From Oscillospiraceae bacterium (GTDB lineage: Bacteria > Bacillota > Clostridia > Oscillospirales > Ruminococcaceae): 64,000 nucleotides of DNA. The stretch's first letter is position 1. The number at the start of each line of letters is the position of its first letter. The stretch spans positions 29 through 64,028 of the forward strand of contig JAUNJC010000001.1 of NCBI GenBank assembly GCA_030523195.1. Reading direction: 5' to 3'. Positions 8,409-16,729 of this stretch are shown one piece after another. The notes under the pieces were generated by a model, which worked only from the letters and a program-made list of their open reading frames with translations, was not told where the DNA came from and did no database searches. A program made the position numbers and the translations under genes.

Positions 8409-10244
8409 TTATCCCAAAATCATTACATCATATGTCTTCAACCAAACATTCAACTGTACAAAATAAGCAATTGTCTGCGGATACGCCATCAGCTGTCCAT
8501 ACCATTGCACTGTATTGGGCCGCATACAGAGCTGTTCGATTTCCTCTCGTTTTACCAATTGGAACAGCGGTGCATTTTTGTCCTGCAAAATATCGTACAG
8601 CATCTTCCGCACTGCCTGCAAATAATTGGGGTTATGCGTCTTCGGATACGGACTTTTTTTCCGCCAAAGTACTTCTTCCGGCAGGTAATCCTGCATGGCT
8701 GCACGCAACAAACCCTTCTCATAACCTTTGTATTCTTTCATCTCCCAAGGCACATTATAAAGATATTCCGCAATTCGATAATCACAGAACGGCACTCTCA
8801 CTTCCAATGCATTTGCCATACTCATACGGTCTTTCCGATCTAACAGCGTCTGCATAAACCATTCCAGATTCAAAAGCATCATTTGCCGCATTCGCTTCTC
8901 CAATGGACTATCATCCGGCAGTCCATCCGCCTGCTGAATGGTGTCTTCATAGGCTGCTGTAACAAATGCTTCCCCGTCAATTTCCTCTGCAAATTCATCC
9001 CGTAAAAACTGCATACGATAAGCAGTACTCTGTGCCCATGGGAATCCATCCCGTTCCCGAATGTTCGGATCTCGATACCATGGATAACCGCCAAACAGTT
9101 CATCTGCACACTCCCCAGAGAGTGCAACCGTAACATGCTTTTTTATCTCTCCACAGAATAAATACAAAGAACTGTCCACATCTACCATACCCGGCAAATC
9201 TCTTGCCTGCATGGCTGGTATTAAGGCTTCTGCCAACTGTGGTGTATCCAATACCGTCCAGTGATGCTGACACTGCAAATAGTCCATCATGCGGCGGATA
9301 TAATCCGGATCACTGTTCGGTTGAAAATGGCTCTTCTGAAAATATTTTTCGTTATCTTTATAATCCACAGAAAACGTATGCAGCACTTCTCCACGCTCTT
9401 TCAAAACGCCATTTGCAATAGAGGAAAGCAAGCTGGAATCCAGTCCGCCAGAAAGAAATGTGCCAATCGGTACATCGGAAACCAATTGCCGTGTGACTGC
9501 ATCTTTAACTAGATAGCGGACATGTTCAATGGTCTGTGCAATTGTTTCTGTATGCGGTTTTGCTTGCAGCTTCCAGTAAGGAGACAACTGTACGCCATCT
9601 TTTGTGGCATAACCGCAATAGGCACGTTTCACTTCTTTCACCGTCTGAAAGACACCGCAGCCAGCCGAACGACCCGGTCCCAGTAAGAGAATCTGTGCAA
9701 TCCCATTTTTATCAATCGTATGCGGTACCGCAGGATGCTGTAAAAGTGCCTTGATTTCAGAGGCAAAAACAAACCCATCCGGAATCTCTGCATAGAACAG
9801 CGGCTTGACACCGATGCGGTCTCTTGCAAGGAAAAGCCGCTGCTTCTCCTGCTCCCAGATTGCAAAGGCAAAAATACCGTTAAACCGTTCGGTACACGCT
9901 GCCCCCCAATGCAGATAAGCCTGCAAAACCACTTCTGTGTCACAGTGTGTTGTAAACACTGCCCCTTCTTTCTGCAACGCAGTTCGCAGCGTATCCGTGT
10001 TATACAACTCTCCATTATAAACCAGTGTATAGGTTTCATCATGGGTCGTTCGTGTCATGGGCTGCTTTCCACGTTCTACGTCAATGACTGCCAGACGAGT
10101 ATGTGCAAGGGCACAATGAGTATCCATGTAAACACCATTTTGATCTGGACCACGGTTAGTCAATACCGACTGCATTTGTTGTAGGGTTTTCTGCTGCCGT
10201 GCAATATCTTCCTGCCAAGTAACAATTCCAGTGATTCCGCACAT
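8409..10244 (-). CDS. asnB: Asparagine synthase (glutamine-hydrolysing), AsnO-like
   Basis: N-terminal MCGI (Ntn Cys), RGPD, YNGELYN, RDRIGVKPLFY, LSGGLDSS, ALSGECADELFGGY. Confidence 0.96.
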   Translation of the reverse strand: MCGITGIVTWQEDIARQQKTLQQMQSVLTNRGPDQNGVYMDTHCALAHTRLAVIDVERGKQPMTRTTHDETYTLVYNGELYNTDTLRTALQKEGAVFTTHCDTEVVLQAYLHWGAACTERFNGIFAFAIWEQEKQRLFLARDRIGVKPLFYAEIPDGFVFASEIKALLQHPAVPHTIDKNGIAQILLLGPGRSAGCGVFQTVKEVKRAYCGYATKDGVQLSPYWKLQAKPHTETIAQTIEHVRYLVKDAVTRQLVSDVPIGTFLSGGLDSSLLSSIANGVLKERGEVLHTFSVDYKDNEKYFQKSHFQPNSDPDYIRRMMDYLQCQHHWTVLDTPQLAEALIPAMQARDLPGMVDVDSSLYLFCGEIKKHVTVALSGECADELFGGYPWYRDPNIRERDGFPWAQSTAYRMQFLRDEFAEEIDGEAFVTAAYEDTIQQADGLPDDSPLEKRMRQMMLLNLEWFMQTLLDRKDRMSMANALEVRVPFCDYRIAEYLYNVPWEMKEYKGYEKGLLRAAMQDYLPEEVLWRKKSPYPKTHNPNYLQAVRKMLYDILQDKNAPLFQLVKREEIEQLCMRPNTVQWYGQLMAYPQTIAYFVQLNVWLKTYDVMILG

Positions 10245-10303
10245 AGGGCAATCCCTCCTAAACCTGTTTTTTCAGAAAAAGAGAACCGCTCCTTTCCTGC
10301 ATA

Positions 10304-10331
10304 TAGTATATGCAAAAAGAAACGGTTTTGT
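10304..10331 (-). promoter_or_regulatory. Possible mother-cell (sigma-K/sigma-E-type) promoter of asnB
   Basis: Minus strand reads AC-N17-CATATACTA about 60 bp upstream of the start. Confidence 0.5.
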
Positions 10332-10384
10332 GAAATGCAGCCAGCGGAATATTCTGCCGATTGTATTTACTTATATATTGCGCA

Positions 10385-10557
10385 ATTGCACGGAAATCAA
10401 TTTTCGGATTTTTTTTGGAAAACTTGTCCGAATTGTCGTTAAGGGGAACAGATTGTTCCCCTTAACAATTCCTTTCTGCCAAGCTGAGCTTTGACCACAG
10501 TCACCTGTGGCGTTAGAATGGAAACCATCATTTAAAAATTGATTTCCGTGGTGCAAT
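10385..10557. repeat. Dispersed structured repeat, copy 1 (MITE/REP-like) with 16-bp terminal inverted repeats
   Basis: CACGGAAATCAATTTT (10389-10404) / AAAATTGATTTCCGTG (10535-10550); inner hairpin GTTAAGGGGAACA-GAT-TGTTCCCCTTAAC; arms shared with 16611-16723. Confidence 0.8.
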
Positions 10558-10561
10558 CAAT

Positions 10562-10675
10562 AAACAAAAATTTCTATCTCCATATCTTAAAACATTTCTT
10601 TTATTATTTCAGAAATGCAATCCCAAATCGACAAACAAGAATTTCTATCTCCATATCTTGAAACGTTTCTTTTAT
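10562..10675. repeat. 43-bp direct repeat (10562-10604 and 10633-10675), 40/43 identical
   Basis: aaacaaAaatttctatctccatatcttAaaacAtttcttttat vs aaacaaGaatttctatctccatatcttGaaacGtttcttttat. Confidence 0.9.
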
Positions 10676-11065
10676 CATTGCAGAAACACGATCCCATTGC
10701 AGCCCATCCAATCCACATCCAAGCAGGGGCATTGCCAACTTTTTTACCTCTTCTTTTTGGCAGTCTGTCTTTAGCAGATGGAATGCACCCTGCATCGTAT
10801 CATAGGTAGGTTTTTGAAAATATCGTTTTTTCGTAATGAGATTATACACACGACCAACTGGAATACAATCAAACTGCTTCTGTTCCTGCTCCCAATGGAT
10901 TAAATAATCGGGATACTCTTTTTGCAGCCGTTCTTTCACACCAAACAACGTGTTAAATGCAACTGCGATTCCCTTTCCCAGTGCAAAATCTGCACTGGCA
11001 CACTGTACCAAACGATAATCTTCTGAAACAGAAAACAAATCACATACCTCTTCTGTATATATCAT
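10604..11065 (-). CDS. Macrodomain protein, TARG1/OARD1/DarG-like ADP-ribosyl hydrolase
   Basis: Start MIYTEEV after an AAGGAG SD. Motifs DLFS, QCASADFALGKGIA, NLITK, KPTY, LAMPLLGCGLDGLQW match the TARG1-type pattern. Confidence 0.85.
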   Translation of the reverse strand: MIYTEEVCDLFSVSEDYRLVQCASADFALGKGIAVAFNTLFGVKERLQKEYPDYLIHWEQEQKQFDCIPVGRVYNLITKKRYFQKPTYDTMQGAFHLLKTDCQKEEVKKLAMPLLGCGLDGLQWDRVSAMIKETFQDMEIEILVCRFGIAFLK

Positions 11066-11075
11066 ATGTATCTCC

Positions 11076-12713
11076 TTACTGACTATTTTTCTGCAAATCA
11101 AATCTCCCCTCTTCATTGTGAATCTTGCTCCAGAAATACCGCAGCATCCAGCCGTCAAAGTCTGTAATTTCCATCGAAGAACCTGCCATCATCAAAGAGG
11201 TTCCGTTCCCCGGAAAGCCCCCCGGCGGAAAACCATCTGCTTCCCCTTCTCCGCCATAAAAGTCTGTCATACCGAAACCATGCCCTAACTCATGTTCCAA
11301 TACATGCAGCCCTACGCCGGAAAGCATATTCAAATAGGCATCATCTGAAAGTCGCTGTCCCCAGTCACCACCGCAGCCGCCAATGGATGGAAAGCCCTGC
11401 GTTCCCCAGAGATACATATCAAAGCGTTCCCCCGGATAAACATAGCCTGCCTCCATAAAATGATCCGCTCTTGAATTTTCAATGGGTGCACTCGGCAGCT
11501 TGTCCGGAATCGTCTCCACACCATTTGAGGTATCGCCGCTGCTGTCATAATCACTGATCAGATTGTCATATACGACCTCGTCCGGCTGCAAATCCAGCAG
11601 ACAATTCCGATCTAAAACAGCCCAGCCAACAACCTTTACCGTTACATGGTCATACGGCCAATCTTCATAGTCCTTCAACCAATCTGTCCAGTCATTGATA
11701 CTTTTTTCCACCAATGCTTCAAACTGTTTCCGCTGTTCCAATGTGACAGTCTTATAGGACTGCCAGCGAATCACATAATGCAGTTCTCCATTGCCCGCAA
11801 TAATCTGATCAAAAATGGTATTCCGCCGTGCAGTAGACTGTTCCTTTTCCACCCGATTCTGCCAAATCCAGTCTGCTGCATACTGATAATTTTCCGGCAT
11901 ATCGGCAAGTGTCAATACCTTCTGTGGTACCTCTGTTGTAACTGTTGTAGTGGTAGTCGTCGGCAAATCTGAAACAGTTGTGGTCGTTGTTTCTGTGGTC
12001 ACATCCGGTATGACAGTCGGGAAAATGGTATTCTCCGGCAGGGTTACTTCCGTTGTTGGCAAGGTTGTCTGCCGTCGCAGCAAAAAAGCTTGCAGGGCAG
12101 AAATATCATTGGCATTTAATGTACCATCTCCATTCACGTCCGCCAATGCTGCTGCACAGAAATCCGTACCGCTGCCTTCTGACACGACTCGCTTCGCCAT
12201 CATCAAATCAATTACGTTGATGCTCCCATCCCGATTGACATCACCAACTTGTAGCCATGTCACAGGTTCCAGCGTATAGACACCAAAGTCTACACCGTTT
12301 TGTTGCAGCCGAATCCGGCTTTTCCCCTCATCCATACAAGTCAGATGCTGCTGCATTCCTGTCTGTTCCAAATCCAGCTGCAAACCGCCGTTGACAACTG
12401 TCAAATAATATTCTCCCTGACTGAGTGAAGATTTCAACGTATACATTCCAGTCCCAGTCTCCGTAAAGTACCAGATATTATAGGCTGCAACCCCATTTGC
12501 TGCATACGGCAAAACCTGTGTGCCGCTTTCTGCCGCTCCATTGGCAACGGTCAGATACTCTCCAGCTGCATTTCGCAGCTGATAGCCAATCCATGTATTG
12601 ATATTGGCAGAAGGTGCCGTTTCCGATGCGTCAGCAACCGCAACCTGTGGCATAGAAACCACGCCGATCACAGATGCCAGCAAAATTGCTTGGATAGATT
12701 GATGCTTCTTCAT
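11076..12713 (-). CDS. Secreted dockerin-containing putative zinc metallopeptidase
   Basis: Signal peptide (MKKHQSIQAILLASV...AVA), a ricin/beta-trefoil-like segment, dockerin repeats GDVNRDGSINVIDL and ADVNGDGTLNAND, a Thr-rich linker, and C-terminal HELGHGFGMTD (HExxHxxGxxD). Confidence 0.8.
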   Translation of the reverse strand: MKKHQSIQAILLASVIGVVSMPQVAVADASETAPSANINTWIGYQLRNAAGEYLTVANGAAESGTQVLPYAANGVAAYNIWYFTETGTGMYTLKSSLSQGEYYLTVVNGGLQLDLEQTGMQQHLTCMDEGKSRIRLQQNGVDFGVYTLEPVTWLQVGDVNRDGSINVIDLMMAKRVVSEGSGTDFCAAALADVNGDGTLNANDISALQAFLLRRQTTLPTTEVTLPENTIFPTVIPDVTTETTTTTVSDLPTTTTTTVTTEVPQKVLTLADMPENYQYAADWIWQNRVEKEQSTARRNTIFDQIIAGNGELHYVIRWQSYKTVTLEQRKQFEALVEKSINDWTDWLKDYEDWPYDHVTVKVVGWAVLDRNCLLDLQPDEVVYDNLISDYDSSGDTSNGVETIPDKLPSAPIENSRADHFMEAGYVYPGERFDMYLWGTQGFPSIGGCGGDWGQRLSDDAYLNMLSGVGLHVLEHELGHGFGMTDFYGGEGEADGFPPGGFPGNGTSLMMAGSSMEITDFDGWMLRYFWSKIHNEEGRFDLQKNSQ

Positions 12714-12881
12714 AGTAAAACTCCTTTTCTGTCTTTCCAATAAAAATGGTTACAGAATAAGTATAGCATATTTTATAATTTTTTTCAATCTTTTTTGAAA
12801 TATTTTCAAGTAATTTCCGAACCGCCGTTCTATTTTTCTTCTTGCATATCCTAAATAGCAATTTTTACTTTTTATTTTAAA

Positions 12882-14486
12882 CTATGCATTCCAAAACATC
12901 CGAAACGCAGTCGGCAGGGTAATTTCGGTTTCCAATTCCTGTGCTGTTTTCCAAACAAATCGCTCCGGCATGGCTTCACATTCCAAATATACACCAAACA
13001 TTTGCCATTCGATATGTGTAAAAATATGCGTTTTTCGCACAGTTTTTTCAATGGCAACCGGCTTACAGCCCCACACGGATGCCTGCTGAATCGCTTCTGC
13101 TTCTGTATGCGTTCCAAGCTGATTGGGAAACTCCCACAACCCTGCCAACAGCCCCTCTTCCGGTCGTTGGCAAACAGCATAGGCATCGCCGCACCGCAAA
13201 ATCCAAACGGTACGCTGTTCCTGCCGTCTTGCCTTTTTCTTTTTCCGTACTGGCAGCACTGCCTGCGACTGCTGGGCATAACTCCTGCAAAGTCCAGAGA
13301 GCGGACAACCATCGCAATGTGGTGCACCGTTCGGAATACAAATCAGTGCCCCTAATTCCATCAATGCTTGTGTTAGTTTTCCGCAGTTTCCTGCTGCATA
13401 ACAGCCTCGCAATGTCTCCGTTACTGCCTTTTTTACATCATTTCGATCAATCTCATAAAACGCATCCTGCAACCGCATCACCACTCGCAAAACATTCCCA
13501 TCCACTGCCGGGGTGGGCTGCTCATAACAAATGGAACAAATCGCTCCAGCTGTATAGGCACCAATGCCGGGCAGTGACAGCACATCTTCGTACTGTTCCG
13601 GAAAAACACCATGATACTGCTGCATAATCTGCTGTGCTGCTCGCTGCAAATTTCTGGCTCTGGTATAATACCCCAATCCTTCCCAACACTTCCGCACCTG
13701 TTCTGGATCTGCATTTGCCAATGCTTGAATGGTTGGAAAGGCGGTCAAAAACCGCTGATAATACCCTTTCACTGCCTCCACTCTGGTCTGTTGTAACATA
13801 ATTTCAGAAATCCAAACGTGGTAGGGTTCTTGGTCTTTTCGCCATGGCAAATCCCTTGCATGCGTTTCATACCATTTTAAAAGCGGTTTCACCCCTTGTG
13901 AGAAAATCTGCTGCTGTTCCTGCCGCACCTGCTGCATACGGGCAATCAGTTTCTCATAAACCGGCAGCATTTGTGGTTCTCTACAAAGCGTTGCCAATTC
14001 AGAAATGGGTTTCCAGCACACTGCACTGTTTTCATCCGGTTTTACACGCAGCGGCTGTTTCAGGTCAGCCAGCAATCCAAATGACACACAGTAATGCACA
14101 TGTGCGGCAACCGGTGCACCATGTTTTTCATGTGCTTTCACCGGCAACACATCCAAAGATAATATCGAACTGCAAAGCGGCTGCACCTGCTGCAAACCAG
14201 TTTCCTCCTGTGCCTCTCGTATGGCAACTGCTAAGAACTCGCTCTCTCCATCAGCGTGACCACCTGTCCAGGAAAAAGACTGATAAATATTATGGTAAAC
14301 CAACAAAACCTGCGTCATCGTTTCATCTAAAATCATACCAGAACAGCAAAAATGACCACCGCTTGGAGAAGTACGTTCCAACGTTGCATTGCCGTACTGT
14401 GTCACAGCCCGCAGCATTTCTGCTTGATCTTTTTTCTCCTGTGATGTTTGCGGCAAATAGCATTGCAATTGTGATATCCAATCCAT
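12882..14486 (-). CDS. mutY: Nudix hydrolase-MutY (A/G-specific adenine glycosylase) fusion
   Basis: N-terminal ~190 aa with a Nudix-box-like GGHADGE...REAQEETG. Then MutY motifs WISEIMLQQT, WEGLGYY, HhH LPGIGAYTAG, VDGNVLRV, Fe-S C-x7-C-x2-C-x5-C, GLWEFP and HIFTH. Confidence 0.92.
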   Translation of the reverse strand: MDWISQLQCYLPQTSQEKKDQAEMLRAVTQYGNATLERTSPSGGHFCCSGMILDETMTQVLLVYHNIYQSFSWTGGHADGESEFLAVAIREAQEETGLQQVQPLCSSILSLDVLPVKAHEKHGAPVAAHVHYCVSFGLLADLKQPLRVKPDENSAVCWKPISELATLCREPQMLPVYEKLIARMQQVRQEQQQIFSQGVKPLLKWYETHARDLPWRKDQEPYHVWISEIMLQQTRVEAVKGYYQRFLTAFPTIQALANADPEQVRKCWEGLGYYTRARNLQRAAQQIMQQYHGVFPEQYEDVLSLPGIGAYTAGAICSICYEQPTPAVDGNVLRVVMRLQDAFYEIDRNDVKKAVTETLRGCYAAGNCGKLTQALMELGALICIPNGAPHCDGCPLSGLCRSYAQQSQAVLPVRKKKKARRQEQRTVWILRCGDAYAVCQRPEEGLLAGLWEFPNQLGTHTEAEAIQQASVWGCKPVAIEKTVRKTHIFTHIEWQMFGVYLECEAMPERFVWKTAQELETEITLPTAFRMFWNA

Positions 14487-14513
14487 AATATGCTCCTCCT
14501 TATAGAATATGTA

Positions 14514-15146
14514 TTAAAACGGCAGCCAGCCGTTGCGATGAAGAAAGGTAACCACTGCCCAGACACCTTCCCCAATTAGTAAAAAGAAACCTGTCCAAAA
14601 CAAAAGGCGATTGACAGCTCCATCCGCAGAACAAAGTCGAAAGCAAACCTTTCCGGCATCAAATGGAAACAGCAGCTGCACCTTTTTTCGATTGAACAAA
14701 TCCAAAAAAATATGTGTTGCCATTCCACAGATAAAATACCAGACTGCCTGCGGCAGCATGATAAAAACTGCAGTACCAAGCATGGCAATCCCTGCAAGAG
14801 AGTGTGTAAAGCTACGATGCGGCTGATGCTCTCCGTAAAGACAAAGAGCCAAAAAAATTGCGAGTCCTGTCAAACTGCGAAGCAACCCATTCTTTTGCTG
14901 TATCATTGCCCAGATTCCAACCTGAAAGAAAAGGTCCATTCCTGCAATCACCAAAACCGCCGCTGCAAGCAGCAGCAAAAACCGCTGAAATCCTTTGTGG
15001 CTACCGGATGTGCTAACATCCACATCACTCACACATGCCCCGACTGCACCTGCCCCCAGACAGAGCAGAAAGGATTTCCAGTCACTCGGATGTGTGAACA
15101 GCACCGTAACAGCTGTTCCAAATGTAAAATGTGTTTTTCCTGTCAA
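14514..15146 (-). CDS. Membrane metal-dependent hydrolase (YdjM-like)
   Basis: TTG start after a GAAAGGA SD ((M)TGKTH); motifs DVD, HRSFTHS, HIFLD; multiple TM helices. Confidence 0.85.
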   Translation of the reverse strand: MTGKTHFTFGTAVTVLFTHPSDWKSFLLCLGAGAVGACVSDVDVSTSGSHKGFQRFLLLLAAAVLVIAGMDLFFQVGIWAMIQQKNGLLRSLTGLAIFLALCLYGEHQPHRSFTHSLAGIAMLGTAVFIMLPQAVWYFICGMATHIFLDLFNRKKVQLLFPFDAGKVCFRLCSADGAVNRLLFWTGFFLLIGEGVWAVVTFLHRNGWLPF

Positions 15147-15175
15147 AATATGTGTCCTTTCCAAAAAATAGAGAA

Positions 15176-15209
15176 ACCCCATATGCCTGATTATTGGTGC
15201 ATATGGGGT
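15176..15209 (-). terminator. Terminator after metY
   Basis: ACCCCATATGC...GCATATGGGGT followed on the minus strand by a T-rich tract. Confidence 0.7.
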
Positions 15210-15226
15210 CAATTATATTTTTATGC

Positions 15227-16513
15227 TTATAGTTTTCCAAACGCTTGCTGAATATCCAGCAAAATATCATTGACATTTTCCAGACCTACGGATAAGCGTA
15301 CCAAACCGCCATCCACACCAGCTGCCTTCAACTGTTCATCTGTCAGCTGCCGATGGGTCGTCGAAGCTGGTGTCAAAACACAGGTGCGGATATCTGCTAC
15401 ATGTACTTCCTTGCAGGCAAGTTCCAGCGAATCCATAAACTTTTCGGCTGCCGGTCTGCCGCCCTTCATGATAAAAGAAATGACACCGCTGACACCGTTT
15501 GGTAAATATTTTTGTGCCAGTTCATAATCTTCATCGCTCTTCAGCCCCGGATATTTTACCGATTCCACATGCTCTGAATTCTGCAATGCCGTTGCAACCT
15601 CCATTGCATTTTCACAGTACTGCCGCATCCGTATCGGCAAAGTTTCCAGACCAAGGTTCAGCAAAAATGCAGAATGGGCAGCAGGATAACAGCCAAAGTC
15701 CCGCATCAGCTGCATTCTTGCCTTGATAATGTATGCCATATTTCCAAACGATTCTGTATAAACAACGCCATGATAGCTTTCATCCGGCTCTGTAAAGTCC
15801 GGAAATTTTCCACTGGCAGCCCAGTCAAATTTTCCGCTGTCTACGATAACACCACCGCACTGCAAGGCATGACCATCCATGTACTTTGTAGTAGAATGTA
15901 CCACAATATCTGCTCCAAAGTCAAAAGGCTTACAAAGCATCGGTGTTGCAAACGTATTGTCCACAATCAATGGAATTTGATTCCGATGGGCAACGGCAGC
16001 AAACCGTTCAATATCGAAAACTTTCAACGTTGGATTGGCAATGGTTTCTCCGAACACCAAACGGGTGTTCGGCTGAATAGCAGCCTGAATTTCTGCATCT
16101 GTTGCATCTGGCTGTACGAATGTACAGGAAATGCCAAGCTTCTTGAGACTGAATGCAAGTAAATTCAAAGTACCGCCGTAAATAGCAGAAACAGAAACCA
16201 GATGATCTCCGGCTTTACAGAGGTTGAGAATCGAAAGCAAGGAGGCAGCCTGACCGCTGGAAGTCAGCATTGCACCCACACCGCCTTCCAATGCAGCAAT
16301 CTTCTTTTCTACTGCATCACAAGTGGGATTGGCAAAACGAGAATACAGCGGTTCTGTCGGCATATCAAACAAAGCAGCAATATGTTCTGAGGAATCAAAT
16401 CGATAGGTCGTACTCTGCACAATTGGCATGACACCCGGTCCACCGTTTTCAGGTGTATATCCTGCGTGCAGACATTTCGTTTCCATTGCTGCGTTTTCTT
16501 TTAATGGTTTCAT
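15227..16513 (-). CDS. metY: O-acetylhomoserine sulfhydrylase (aminocarboxypropyltransferase)
   Basis: PLP Cys/Met metabolism family: YSRFANPT, SSGQAA, ETIANP, IVDNTFATP, HSTTKY, PASTTHRQL, RLSVGLE. Confidence 0.92.
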   Translation of the reverse strand: MKPLKENAAMETKCLHAGYTPENGGPGVMPIVQSTTYRFDSSEHIAALFDMPTEPLYSRFANPTCDAVEKKIAALEGGVGAMLTSSGQAASLLSILNLCKAGDHLVSVSAIYGGTLNLLAFSLKKLGISCTFVQPDATDAEIQAAIQPNTRLVFGETIANPTLKVFDIERFAAVAHRNQIPLIVDNTFATPMLCKPFDFGADIVVHSTTKYMDGHALQCGGVIVDSGKFDWAASGKFPDFTEPDESYHGVVYTESFGNMAYIIKARMQLMRDFGCYPAAHSAFLLNLGLETLPIRMRQYCENAMEVATALQNSEHVESVKYPGLKSDEDYELAQKYLPNGVSGVISFIMKGGRPAAEKFMDSLELACKEVHVADIRTCVLTPASTTHRQLTDEQLKAAGVDGGLVRLSVGLENVNDILLDIQQAFGKL

Positions 16514-16552
16514 GATATCTATTCGCTCCTTTAACATGATGTATTTTTTCTG

Positions 16553-16581
16553 ATTATAACATAAATTTGCGAAAAAGTCAA
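16553..16581 (-). promoter_or_regulatory. Sigma-A promoter of metY
   Basis: TTGACT-N17-TATAAT with extended TG on the minus strand. Confidence 0.8.
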
Positions 16582-16602
16582 CTTATCGTGCAAAAGCAAC
16601 AT

Positions 16603-16729
16603 GCAAATCCATTTTCGGATTTCTTTTGGAAAACTTGTCCAAATCGTCCGGCAGGTTCGCTATGCTGTCTGCCTGTGACCGCTGTCCGCCTGTGGCTTAG
16701 AATCGAAACCACCATTTAAAAATGACTTG
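16603..16729. repeat. Dispersed structured repeat, copy 2
   Basis: 16611-16648 matches 10400-10437 at 35/38; 16689-16723 matches 10504-10539 at 33/36 (one indel); the interior differs. Confidence 0.8.

Noticed and set aside
8239-8410. Genomic island integrated at tRNA-Gln
   Set aside because: The tRNA is followed directly by its terminator and asnB. I saw no integrase or duplicated tRNA 3' end.
10562-10675. Diversity-generating retroelement TR/VR pair (repeat at a gene 3' end with only A/G differences)
   Set aside because: Only 43 bp with three differences. The A residues are on the non-coding strand, no reverse transcriptase is in the window, and the target is not a ligand-binding fold.
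16514-16729. SAM riboswitch or T-box upstream of metY
   Set aside because: No S-box or T-box consensus. The predicted promoter is ~40 bp from the start, and the structured sequence lies upstream of it and belongs to the dispersed repeat.
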